Positions 29,551-38,118 of a stretch of 41,246 nucleotides of DNA are shown one piece after another. Position 1 is the stretch's first letter, and each line of letters begins with the position of its first letter. Both the position numbers and the translations under genes were made by a program. Origin of the DNA: Cytophagales bacterium (GTDB lineage Bacteria > Bacteroidota > Bacteroidia > Cytophagales > UBA9547). Location: the NCBI GenBank assembly GCA_025360395.1, contig JANYCH010000226.1, forward strand, positions 1-41,246. Direction: 5' to 3'. The notes beneath the pieces are model-generated. The model saw nothing but the letters and a program-made list of their open reading frames with translations, had not been told where the DNA came from and ran no database searches.

Positions 29551-30528
29551 ATGAAACAGTTAACCATATTAGTACCTGAAGGAGAAAATAATTTAAGCAG
29601 CATTGTAGGGTCTTACAAAATTTTCGCAAAAGCTAACGCATTCTGGAAAGAGAGAAATGTAAGCGAAAGGTTCAACATCCAGCTGGCAGGGCTTTCTAAA
29701 AAAGTCGCATTTCACAACGGTTTGTTTAGTGTACAACCGCACACCAATATTTCCTCGATAAAAAAAACCGACCTTATTATCATTCCTTCGTTAAATCATA
29801 ATTATAAAAATTCAGTTAAGTGCAATGAAAAATTGGTTGACTGGATGGTGAAACAATATGAGCAGGGAGCAGAAATAGCAACCATTTGTACAGGTGCCTT
29901 CCTGCTGGCATCAACTGGTTTGCTGGATGGCAAAAGCTGTTCTACACATTGGTCGGCCGCTGTTGATCTTCGGAAAATGTATCCCAAGGTTAATCTTCAA
30001 CCAGACAAATTTATAACAGATGAAAATCGTATTTATACCAATGGAGGTGCTTATTCCTTCCTGAATCTTATTATTTACCTGATAGAGAAGCATTTCGACA
30101 GGCAAACTGCCATTTATTGTGCTAAAGTATTTCAGATAGAGATTGACAGAAATGGCCAATCGGAATTTACAATTTTCACCGGTCAAAAATTACACGGAGA
30201 CGATATGGTAGTAAAAGCTCAATCGTATATAGAAAGTAAACTGTACGAGAAATTTTCCATTGAGGAGCTATCAGCGAGGTTTGCAGTTGGGAGAAGAAAT
30301 TTTGACAGGAGATTTATCAAAGCAACAGGAAATACACCGGTTGAATATCTCCAAAGAGTAAAAGTAGAATCAGCTAAAAAAGCTTTTGAAAGCAGCCGCA
30401 AAAGTGTAAATGAGGTAATGTATGAAGTTGGTTATTCTGATGTAAAAGCCTTCAGGGAAGTATTCAGGAAAATTACAGGCATGTCGCCTTTGGAATATAA
30501 AGGGAAGTATAATAAAACGGTTGTTTAA
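29551..30528 (+). CDS. GlxA-family transcriptional regulator (DJ-1/PfpI-like domain + AraC-type HTH)
   Basis: 325 aa. The N-terminal part has IATICTGAFLLASTGLLDGKSCSTHW. The C-terminal part has a double AraC HTH (..SIEELSARFAVGRRNFDRRFIKATGNTPVEYLQRVKVE.AK..., ..VMYEVGYSDVKAFREVFRKITGMSPLEYK). Confidence 0.9.
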   Translation: MKQLTILVPEGENNLSSIVGSYKIFAKANAFWKERNVSERFNIQLAGLSKKVAFHNGLFSVQPHTNISSIKKTDLIIIPSLNHNYKNSVKCNEKLVDWMVKQYEQGAEIATICTGAFLLASTGLLDGKSCSTHWSAAVDLRKMYPKVNLQPDKFITDENRIYTNGGAYSFLNLIIYLIEKHFDRQTAIYCAKVFQIEIDRNGQSEFTIFTGQKLHGDDMVVKAQSYIESKLYEKFSIEELSARFAVGRRNFDRRFIKATGNTPVEYLQRVKVESAKKAFESSRKSVNEVMYEVGYSDVKAFREVFRKITGMSPLEYKGKYNKTVV

Positions 30529-30754
30529 AAAATTGAATTAATCTGATATCAATTCAACTTGAATAATTATTGCTTGTTTACTTCATAATTCAAGAACAGC
30601 AACATATAACATTAAAATAGTAGAATATAGACTCATGGCTTTCAATAAGAAACATTTTATATCGAAATTAAGCTGAGTAAACTACCTTGCGGATCTAAAT
30701 GGTACTCATACCCAAAACTTTGACTGCCAGGTCCTGATTAATAACAATTACCCA

Positions 30755-32512
30755 ATGAAAAAACTATTCCTTTCTGCTATTTTAACTGTTGTATGTATTA
30801 TTGGTGCCCTTGCACAAAATGCCGGTAATCTTTTAATTGAAAATTTCGAAGATGGCAATCTTCAAAACAATCTTGGAGGTTATTGGTACAGTTACAATGA
30901 TAATCGGGATGGTGGTAAAAGCAGTTTAAAACAATCAGACTGGACTAAATTCCCAAATGGAGGACACCAATCTGATCGTATGCTACAGGTGGATGTAATA
31001 CTCGACAAGGGAACTTACCAATGGAGCCCCTATTTTGCATTTGGTACTTCTATAAATGCTACGTCTGATTTTAATCCTTCAAATTTTAAAGGTATATCTT
31101 ACTGGCACAAAGGAGTGGCGCACAAGATCAGGGTAGAGACACCCGAAATACAGGATTATGATTATTATCAAATTCCTGTACCTGCCAGTGAAGAATGGAT
31201 ACTTGTTACTGTTGATTTTTCTATGCTTACGCAGGAAGGTTGGGGGAAAAAAGTACCATTGCAATTAAACAACAACATCAAATTGGCATGGAACCTGAAT
31301 GAAACATCTGGCAATTTCCAGCTGGACGATATTCAGTTTGTGAAGGTGATTACCTATGAGAAAAAAAATGATATGCGCATTTTACCTGCTCAGATACCAG
31401 CTCCGATTGCCGTTAAGGGCAATGTAAAGAGTCCTTTGAATGACATGTCAAAAAAATACCTAACCAAAGGGATGAATTTTACAAATTGGGGAGAGTCAGG
31501 TAAAATTGTTTCCTCAAACCCTAAAGATTGGAAATACAACGAAGCATCAGTCAAAAAGCAGGCAGACCAAGGCATGCTGGGTATTCGTTTCCCTATCGAC
31601 CTGGATTTGTATGTAGTAGACAGGCTAAATGTTTTGAATGGCACCAATAAAAAGATAGAAATAGAGGCTCTCCTTTATACAGTTCTTGACTCTATGAATG
31701 TCTGGACAAAGCGACATGGACTTTCCTATACCATTGATTACCATGCTTATGATGGAACTTATACCCGCGCTGCCTCTAAAGATCCAAAATTCAGGGCGGC
31801 AGCTTCTTGCATATGGAGGGTCATTGCTGAACATTTTGTAAAAGAAAAGAGACCTGACCTTTTCTTTGAACTGACAAATGAACCTGGCCTCAGCTTGCCG
31901 GATGGTGAATTTATCGACCAGGCTGACTGGAACATCCTGGCTCAATCTATGATAGATTCAATACGGAAAGTGGATAAAACGCGACCCATTATTTTTGGCG
32001 ACACCAAATGGTACAGCATAGACGAGTTGATAAAAAACAAACCGCTTAAAGATAAAAATGTGATCTACTGCTTCCATACATATGATCCTTTTGTTTTTAC
32101 ACACCAGGGCGCATCCTGGACGAAGATGGGAACAATGAAAAACGTTCCTTTTCCATATTCACCGGAACGGTGGAGTACTGAGTTCAGAGACTTTGGAATT
32201 ATGAAGGGAACACCGGAATGGGTAAAGGATCAGATGACCAGGTATTATAAAGAAGGAAACAAGCAACACGTTAAAAACAGAATAGCCCTTGCTAAGAATT
32301 GGGCCTTTGAAAACAACGTTCCATTAATCTGTAATGAGTGGGGCGCCTTGTCAAACACTTCCAAAATGGAAGACCTTAATGCCTATTTCAAAACTATGGC
32401 AGAAATTTTCAAAGAATTAGACGTCTCCTGGCAAGTATGGTTTGGCATTTTTGACTCTGAAAATACATTACTACCGGGTATGGCAGAAGCTTTGGATTTA
32501 AAAAAGAAATAA
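30755..32512 (+). CDS. Secreted glycoside hydrolase family 5 (cellulase-type) with an N-terminal carbohydrate-binding-like domain
   Basis: 585 aa with a signal peptide (MKKLFLSAILTVVCIIGALAQ). The first ~200 aa look like a CBM (IENFEDGNLQNNLGGYWYSYND). The GH5 catalytic signatures are FELTNEPG (acid/base Glu) and LICNEWGA (nucleophile Glu). Confidence 0.85.
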   Translation: MKKLFLSAILTVVCIIGALAQNAGNLLIENFEDGNLQNNLGGYWYSYNDNRDGGKSSLKQSDWTKFPNGGHQSDRMLQVDVILDKGTYQWSPYFAFGTSINATSDFNPSNFKGISYWHKGVAHKIRVETPEIQDYDYYQIPVPASEEWILVTVDFSMLTQEGWGKKVPLQLNNNIKLAWNLNETSGNFQLDDIQFVKVITYEKKNDMRILPAQIPAPIAVKGNVKSPLNDMSKKYLTKGMNFTNWGESGKIVSSNPKDWKYNEASVKKQADQGMLGIRFPIDLDLYVVDRLNVLNGTNKKIEIEALLYTVLDSMNVWTKRHGLSYTIDYHAYDGTYTRAASKDPKFRAAASCIWRVIAEHFVKEKRPDLFFELTNEPGLSLPDGEFIDQADWNILAQSMIDSIRKVDKTRPIIFGDTKWYSIDELIKNKPLKDKNVIYCFHTYDPFVFTHQGASWTKMGTMKNVPFPYSPERWSTEFRDFGIMKGTPEWVKDQMTRYYKEGNKQHVKNRIALAKNWAFENNVPLICNEWGALSNTSKMEDLNAYFKTMAEIFKELDVSWQVWFGIFDSENTLLPGMAEALDLKKK

Positions 32513-32613
32513 GACTTTACTCTTTGTGGGGGGCTGATTTTCTGATCAACTAATGTGATTTTTTAAAAATCTGATTTCAACTTTTAACAAAAAGGGAATG
32601 AAGTCAGCTTTTG

Positions 32614-34074
32614 CTAATCTTGTTTTCTCTTTAAACCCCTTCCTTTCGGTCCATCACCTTCCCGGAGAACACTTTCTGAATGAAGAAGCTCTGCCGCCTC
32701 TGCTGAATCTTTTACTTTGTTTGCACTTCGTTCCAACATTTCTGATTCAAAATCTGTTAAAACGCTTTTCCTTACTCCAGCTTCTCTCCATTTAGAAAAC
32801 GGCCCGCATGCTGTAGAAATAATCCTGGCAAGAGCGAGTGCGTCCAATAAGGCCTGATTAGCTCCCTGTCCCTTGAAAGGACTCATTGGGTGAGCCGCAT
32901 CTCCTATGAAGGTTACCGGACCTCCTTTCTCTAATACTTCTGACTGGAGTACTTCACGGTCATATACAGGATAGCCTGAAATTTGTGCTTCCATGGTTTT
33001 AATTAAAATCTGGGGAATGGGTTCATGCCACTGAGTTCTGCGACATGCTTCTTCTTTTAATGCCTGAGCGCCTTTGGCACTCAGGGCCTTCGCTTCTTTT
33101 TCTTTCATAGGAAAGCTAAGTTGCCACATGACCGAGTCTGAAGAAAAAGGCATCATGTAGATCCGATCATTGCCATTAACCGTTTGAAAAACAGTGGCCG
33201 AGTCTAGCAAAGGACTCTGGAGCCCTTCTAATTTTTCCAAAGGACAAATCCCCAGAATCACCATATAACCTAAATATCGCAGTGGAGAATCTTTTTCCCC
33301 GATCGACAACCTGCGTACAGAACTCCGGATACCATCTGCTCCCACGATAAGATCGGCTTTTGCGCTCTTCATTTCTCCATTTACCTGAAAGTTTAAATCA
33401 ATACTTTGATGATCAGTTACCTTAAAATCTACTAACTGATGACCCCACTGTACTGCATCAATTCCTCCGAGTTGCTCAAGCAAAGCGGTGCGCAAAGACT
33501 GCCGGGCGATATGCACATTTGTGCGTTTAGGTGAAGATTTAGAATCTGCCTGTTTGCTTATTCTCATTCCCCATTCTACAATCACTTGTCCATTTGTAGT
33601 AAGCACCACATGGCGGGTAGAATATACGCTGTGTTTCAATGAAAAAAGACCAAATCCTTTGATTGCATTACTGGCCTGTTGCAAAGTTAGTCCATATCCC
33701 TGCGAACGGGAATCGAAGCAGCTATCGCGTTCATAAAGTGTAAATGGAATCCGGCGATGCAAACAAGCTACTGCGAGGGCCACTCCACCTATACCACCGC
33801 CAATAATGGCAATATGAGGATAGTTTTCTTTGTCAGGTATCGGATAGATTTTAGACGGAATCAATCCTGATCCGCCACAATTCAGGCATGGGTATAGGTT
33901 ACCCAATGGTCTAACAGGAGAAGGCTCTTCCCCATTTGACTTTTCAAACTGGTCGAATGCTAACTGGTAGCTTCGGCGCACTTTCTTTACCGGCCTCTGC
34001 CTTTTTTTGCCTCGTCCCTGACATTCATTACAAGCAATCCAGCTAGCTCCTTCAATTACCATTTTGCTGTTCAA
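32614..34074 (-). CDS. FAD-dependent (class A flavoprotein) monooxygenase with an N-terminal double-CxxCxGxG zinc-finger extension
   Basis: 486 aa. CNECQGRG sits at aa 15-22 and CLNCGGSG at aa 63-70. These are followed by IAIIGGGIGGVALA (GxGxxG), DLIVGADGIRSSVR (DG motif) and FIGDAAHPMSPFKGQGANQALLDA (GD motif). Confidence 0.88.
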   Translation of the reverse strand: MNSKMVIEGASWIACNECQGRGKKRQRPVKKVRRSYQLAFDQFEKSNGEEPSPVRPLGNLYPCLNCGGSGLIPSKIYPIPDKENYPHIAIIGGGIGGVALAVACLHRRIPFTLYERDSCFDSRSQGYGLTLQQASNAIKGFGLFSLKHSVYSTRHVVLTTNGQVIVEWGMRISKQADSKSSPKRTNVHIARQSLRTALLEQLGGIDAVQWGHQLVDFKVTDHQSIDLNFQVNGEMKSAKADLIVGADGIRSSVRRLSIGEKDSPLRYLGYMVILGICPLEKLEGLQSPLLDSATVFQTVNGNDRIYMMPFSSDSVMWQLSFPMKEKEAKALSAKGAQALKEEACRRTQWHEPIPQILIKTMEAQISGYPVYDREVLQSEVLEKGGPVTFIGDAAHPMSPFKGQGANQALLDALALARIISTACGPFSKWREAGVRKSVLTDFESEMLERSANKVKDSAEAAELLHSESVLREGDGPKGRGLKRKQD

Positions 34075-34125
34075 TACTAACTATTTTATTTCATGACTAT
34101 AAACAGCCATTTAATCTATATTAAA

Positions 34126-34133
34126 CAAAGTTA
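34126..34133 (-). promoter_or_regulatory. Possible -7 motif TAacTTTG upstream of the FAD monooxygenase
   Basis: The plus strand reads caaagtta. It lies 52 nt upstream of the ATG at 34074. Confidence 0.4.
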
Positions 34134-34218
34134 AGCTGAAAGCTTATAAAATGATGGCTTAGGGATGGATCAGAAGAACCGAGAAGTATCATTCCACAAT
34201 TCAAAGCATCGAACATTT

Positions 34219-34779
34219 TTACTGATTTAATTTATAACTGACCATAACAGTTCCACACGGAAAAGGCATGGATTTCAAAAACGAAAATGTTAAAATGCTT
34301 TCATTTTTTTTAAATATGGTCATTCCTTTACCCAAACAAAATGGATTTAAGAGGAAGTAAAACTCGTCAACCAGGTTATTTTGAATTAAGGAAGAAGCAA
34401 ATGAGGCACCGCCATAGACCAAAATATCCTTTCCTTCCGATTGTTTAAGTTTGTTTACAGCCTGATTAATTTCACCCTTGATAATGGTTGTATTTTTAAA
34501 ATTATTTGGAGCGAGCGTATTTGAAAGGACCGCTTTTGGAAGTTCAGAAATCCGTTTTCCAAGTGAGAAATCAGGATGGCCTGGATTTGTTGCTACATCG
34601 TCCCAGAACGGGATCAAATCCTTAGCGGTATTTTTCCCAAGTAAAATAGTATCTACACTTTCAAGATTACCGACACAGAATTTTATTACTTCCTGATCCC
34701 ATTTGAAGTTTAGGCCACCCGCTTCCATGTTCACATAGTTGTCCAATGAAAGATGCATTTGAAGTTTTAATTTTCTCAT
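34219..34779 (-). CDS. Dihydrofolate reductase-family protein (RibD C-terminal-like)
   Basis: 186 aa starting MRKLKLQMHLSLDNYV, with ...ILLGKNT......W.........LS.T........I......V.KLK...GKDILVYGGASFASSLIQNNLVDEF.F.LNP, the typical pattern for this family. Confidence 0.8.
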   Translation of the reverse strand: MRKLKLQMHLSLDNYVNMEAGGLNFKWDQEVIKFCVGNLESVDTILLGKNTAKDLIPFWDDVATNPGHPDFSLGKRISELPKAVLSNTLAPNNFKNTTIIKGEINQAVNKLKQSEGKDILVYGGASFASSLIQNNLVDEFYFLLNPFCLGKGMTIFKKNESILTFSFLKSMPFPCGTVMVSYKLNQ

Positions 34780-35059
34780 TTTATGTTATTAGCTTAAGGA
34801 TCTGGCACTGTGTATAGTACATGGATCGGCAGATTATCACAAAAGATATGCCAGTAAAATCGTAAAATCTTCTTACAATATTCCCTTTGAGGTAAAAGCG
34901 GCACGTATAAGTATAGCCTGCCTTGATCTTGAAATTTGTATTTACGCCCTTACTTTAGATAGGAAATACAGAAAAGGTTATGTATAAGAGTTTCTTAGTA
35001 CTGAAGATAAGAATTTGCAAACACTGGATACAATCCAGCCCAGGAGGGTTATTAAAAAT

Positions 35060-35099
35060 GCAAAAAACCCTCATTGAAGCCAAGACTACAATGAGGGTT
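35060..35099 (-). terminator. Intrinsic terminator downstream of the DJ-1-family gene
   Basis: aaccctcattg (35066-35076) pairs with caatgagggtt (35089-35099). On the minus strand the stem is followed by TTTTTTG. Confidence 0.75.
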
Positions 35100-35116
35100 A
35101 ACATTAAATTTTCGTT

Positions 35117-35929
35117 TTATTTCTGTGACTTAAAAAATTTAATAACTAATTCAGCAGTTTCTTTTCCGCTACTTCCTTGTTGTCCACTTATCAAATTGCC
35201 ATCAGCAACAGCAAAAGATTTGTAAGGACTTTCACCAGTTACATATTTTGTATTCAGTTTTTTTGCTTCGTCCTCAATGCGAAAAGGCTGCATTTTCTTA
35301 CCTGCACCTTTATCAACAATGTCTTCTTCGGCATTGCAAAAACCTGTCCATTTTTTACCTTCAGCCAATAGTTTACCGTTACTCAGTTTGGTTTTTAGCA
35401 AAATAGAAGAACCATGGCAAATGGTTGCCGATGCTTTTCCTGCTTCGTAAAATTGGGCAAACAATTTTTCTAATTTTTCATTGTTATAAAATGTTTGCAT
35501 AGGGCCCAGGCCACCAACTACAAAAATCCCATCAAAATTTTCAGCTTTTATTTCGTCTAATTTTACTGTGCTTTCCATTAAGGCCACAGTTTTCGGATTG
35601 TGTTTAAAACCCGTACTTACCAAATCTAATTCTCTTGCGTTTGGACTTTCAGGATCGCTCCAACTATCAAAAACTATTTTTCCACCTTCGGGTGAAGAAA
35701 TGGTTATATCATAACCGGCTTCTTTAAATTCATTAAAAGGTTGTGCCAATTCAGATAACCAAAATCCGATAGGATAACCTGTGGTTTCTGATTTTACTTG
35801 ATTAGATACTACAAATACAATTTTCATCTTATTGTTTGTTTTTATTTGTGAATTGCTTTTTGTTTGAGCAGCTGAAATGCCTAAAACTGACAAAATTACT
35901 ATTGCGGTGATTAAAATTTTGTGTGTCAT
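35117..35929 (-). CDS. Secreted DJ-1/PfpI-family (type 1 glutamine amidotransferase-like) protein
   Basis: 270 aa with a signal peptide (MTHKILITAIVILSVLGISAAQ). FDGIFVVGGLGP and the nucleophile-elbow Cys in ATICHGSSIL are present. Confidence 0.85.
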   Translation of the reverse strand: MTHKILITAIVILSVLGISAAQTKSNSQIKTNNKMKIVFVVSNQVKSETTGYPIGFWLSELAQPFNEFKEAGYDITISSPEGGKIVFDSWSDPESPNARELDLVSTGFKHNPKTVALMESTVKLDEIKAENFDGIFVVGGLGPMQTFYNNEKLEKLFAQFYEAGKASATICHGSSILLKTKLSNGKLLAEGKKWTGFCNAEEDIVDKGAGKKMQPFRIEDEAKKLNTKYVTGESPYKSFAVADGNLISGQQGSSGKETAELVIKFFKSQK

Positions 35930-35947
35930 ACTTACTGATTTGATATA

Positions 35948-36532
35948 TTATTTTAATTTTCTACTAACTGAAATTCCGTTTTGTGATGCTCTGATAATTG
36001 AGGTTTGATAAGTACCCAATTTTTCTAAATACTTAAAAAACCTACCATCGTCGCCATAACCATCTGTTACATTATGCATAGTGTAAAGACCATTAATTGA
36101 GAGCTTTGGTTCAGTTGCCTGAAAAAATAACAAATAGCTCTCTTTGGGTTGCAAGGTAAGGGTAGCATCTGAAAATACAAAATCAAAAGTTTGATTTAGA
36201 GTCGGGATAATAGATAAGGCGTCCCCCAATTTTAAATCTATCAAATGGCTTACTCCGGCTCTTTCAAAATTTAATTTTGCCTGTTCGTATCTTTCTTTGT
36301 CAATTTCAATGCTTGTGATTTTTCCATCAGTTTTTGCAACCGCTTTTGCCAACCAAATGGTAGAATGCCCAGTTGAAGCTCCTATTTCTAAAATAGATTG
36401 GGAATTGTGCTTTAATACTAAATTTTCTAATGCTTGCCCATCTTCAAAAGGCACATTAAAAAAAGTCCATTTGTTTCTGTGTTGAAGTAAAAAATCCTCA
36501 ACAGTTTCTTTTTCTGTGATTATTTCATTCAT
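35948..36532 (-). CDS. Class I SAM-dependent O-methyltransferase
   Basis: 194 aa with SAM motif I (ILEIGASTGHSTIWLA) and a downstream FDFVFSDA (motif post-II/III). Separated by 18 nt from the DJ-1 gene on the same strand. Confidence 0.82.
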   Translation of the reverse strand: MNEIITEKETVEDFLLQHRNKWTFFNVPFEDGQALENLVLKHNSQSILEIGASTGHSTIWLAKAVAKTDGKITSIEIDKERYEQAKLNFERAGVSHLIDLKLGDALSIIPTLNQTFDFVFSDATLTLQPKESYLLFFQATEPKLSINGLYTMHNVTDGYGDDGRFFKYLEKLGTYQTSIIRASQNGISVSRKLK

Positions 36533-36616
36533 CCTTTTTTATTTAAATTTATTAATGCAAAGATGTGATGATTGAGAGCTATTTAGTTAGGACAAATAGT
36601 TGCTTTATCGGTACTT

Positions 36617-37462
36617 TTAGGATACCAATTTCCTAAAATCCAAAGGCGAATAAGTGGTGTGTTTTTTAAAGTATCTGGCGAAATAACTGCTATCTTCAAA
36701 CCCCAATTTGTAGCTAATCTCGCTTATATTATCATCTGAAAATTGAAGTAACTGCTTGGCTTCTAGAATTATTCTCTCGTTAATAATTTCACTTGTTGTT
36801 TTATTACAAACTGATTTTACGATGCTGTTTAAATGATGAAGTGTGATATTAAGTTGATTTGCGTATTGGGTCAAAGCCCAATTTTTAGTAAAATTTTCGT
36901 AAACTAAATTTTTAAATTGTTTAAATATTACAATTTGCTGTTTTGAATTAGAATTTCCCTTTTCTGAAAACTGGCTTTGGATTTGTTTTAAAAGCACAAA
37001 CAAAAGCGCTTGTATAGTTTCCTTTTCATTTTCATTTATTAGTAAATCAACTACTGCTTTCAGTTTCGATTTATCTTCTCCCCTGATTTTTATAAATGGA
37101 TTTTCATACAAATTATCTAAATATGACAATTCAAAAAGCATGTTCTTGTTTTGAAAAATCTGCAAAAAGAATTCTTCTGTAAAGACGATACAAAACCCTT
37201 CAATATCTTTCCATTCTTCAAACAAATGCAATTGCCCTGGCGAAATAAAAAAAAGCATATCTGCTTCTATTTCATATGTTTTATAATCAATAGTATGTTT
37301 GCTTTTTCCGTTTGTTATCCATAGTATTTCATAAAAATTATGCTTGTGTGGAAACTCAATATTCTCGGGTTCTTCCATTTCTTCAAACCTGTCCACGTCA
37401 AACTCTATATTTTCAAGGGTTTGGTTTAAGAGGTCTGGGATTGAAATGGTTTTGATCATCAT
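36617..37462 (-). CDS. AraC-family transcriptional regulator (cupin sensor + HTH)
   Basis: 281 aa. The N-terminal cupin-like region has HKHNFYEILWITNGK..H..D. The C-terminal AraC HTH has YANQLNITLHHLNSIVK...., SEISYKLGFEDSSYFARYFKKHTTYSPLDFR. Confidence 0.9.
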   Translation of the reverse strand: MMIKTISIPDLLNQTLENIEFDVDRFEEMEEPENIEFPHKHNFYEILWITNGKSKHTIDYKTYEIEADMLFFISPGQLHLFEEWKDIEGFCIVFTEEFFLQIFQNKNMLFELSYLDNLYENPFIKIRGEDKSKLKAVVDLLINENEKETIQALLFVLLKQIQSQFSEKGNSNSKQQIVIFKQFKNLVYENFTKNWALTQYANQLNITLHHLNSIVKSVCNKTTSEIINERIILEAKQLLQFSDDNISEISYKLGFEDSSYFARYFKKHTTYSPLDFRKLVS

Positions 37463-37621
37463 TTTAAAAAAATATTGATTTTGTAAGCGTGGAAGGCCCT
37501 GATACTATTGTCGCTATGAATCTTGCAGTGTGTCTGTTAGGAGTTTCAGCTAACTTTTTGCAGCTTGACGAAGTAGCAATTTTCCATGTACTGTCTTTTA
37601 ACATTGAGCCAGGTACAGTTT

Positions 37622-37972
37622 TTAATATTTCCTTTGTTCAATAATTAGAGCTTTGTCCTTTTCATCAACCTGTATTTGTCCTGCAAACACATGACAATTT
37701 AATTGCTTTTTTATTGAAAGGGCTATTTCTGATTCATTTAATATATCCCCGATATTTGATTCCACTATTATCATAATTGGTTCATTATATTCCCCTCTTT
37801 CCCAATTGTGGATCCGGCTGATATTTAAATAGAAATTAGATTTACGATCAACTGATTCTAACCATTCCCATACATTTTCATAGTCATGGTACAAATTGTT
37901 AACTCCAAAAATTATTTCAAAATCTGATTGCAATTCAGATAATTCCCTATTTATAAAAATCCAAAATTTCAT
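37622..37972 (-). CDS. Hypothetical protein, 116 aa (acidic, Trp-rich; no recognisable family)
   Basis: Clean ATG-initiated ORF, with a TAgcTTTG promoter-like motif 29 nt upstream. Flanked by 159- and 146-bp non-coding spacers. Confidence 0.6.
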   Translation of the reverse strand: MKFWIFINRELSELQSDFEIIFGVNNLYHDYENVWEWLESVDRKSNFYLNISRIHNWERGEYNEPIMIIVESNIGDILNESEIALSIKKQLNCHVFAGQIQVDEKDKALIIEQRKY

Positions 37973-38000
37973 TATTTCTAAAATTGCGCAACGGCTTGCC

Positions 38001-38008
38001 CAAAGCTA
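38001..38008 (-). promoter_or_regulatory. Possible -7 motif TAgcTTTG upstream of the 116-aa ORF
   Basis: The plus strand reads caaagcta. It lies 29 nt upstream of the ATG at 37972. Confidence 0.4.
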
Positions 38009-38118
38009 TACTTTCAAAGCCCAAATTTCAATGTACTACAAAAGTTAATTAAATGCCAAAAAGTTTCTGAAACACGTTCGCCCTCATTTGGTAAGGTGCT
38101 GTTGTTTGCAGAAATTTT

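Noticed and set aside
34980-35225. 81-aa plus-strand ORF upstream of the DHFR-family gene.
   Set aside because: It runs through the DJ-1 terminator hairpin and antisense into the DJ-1 coding region, so it is implausible as a gene.
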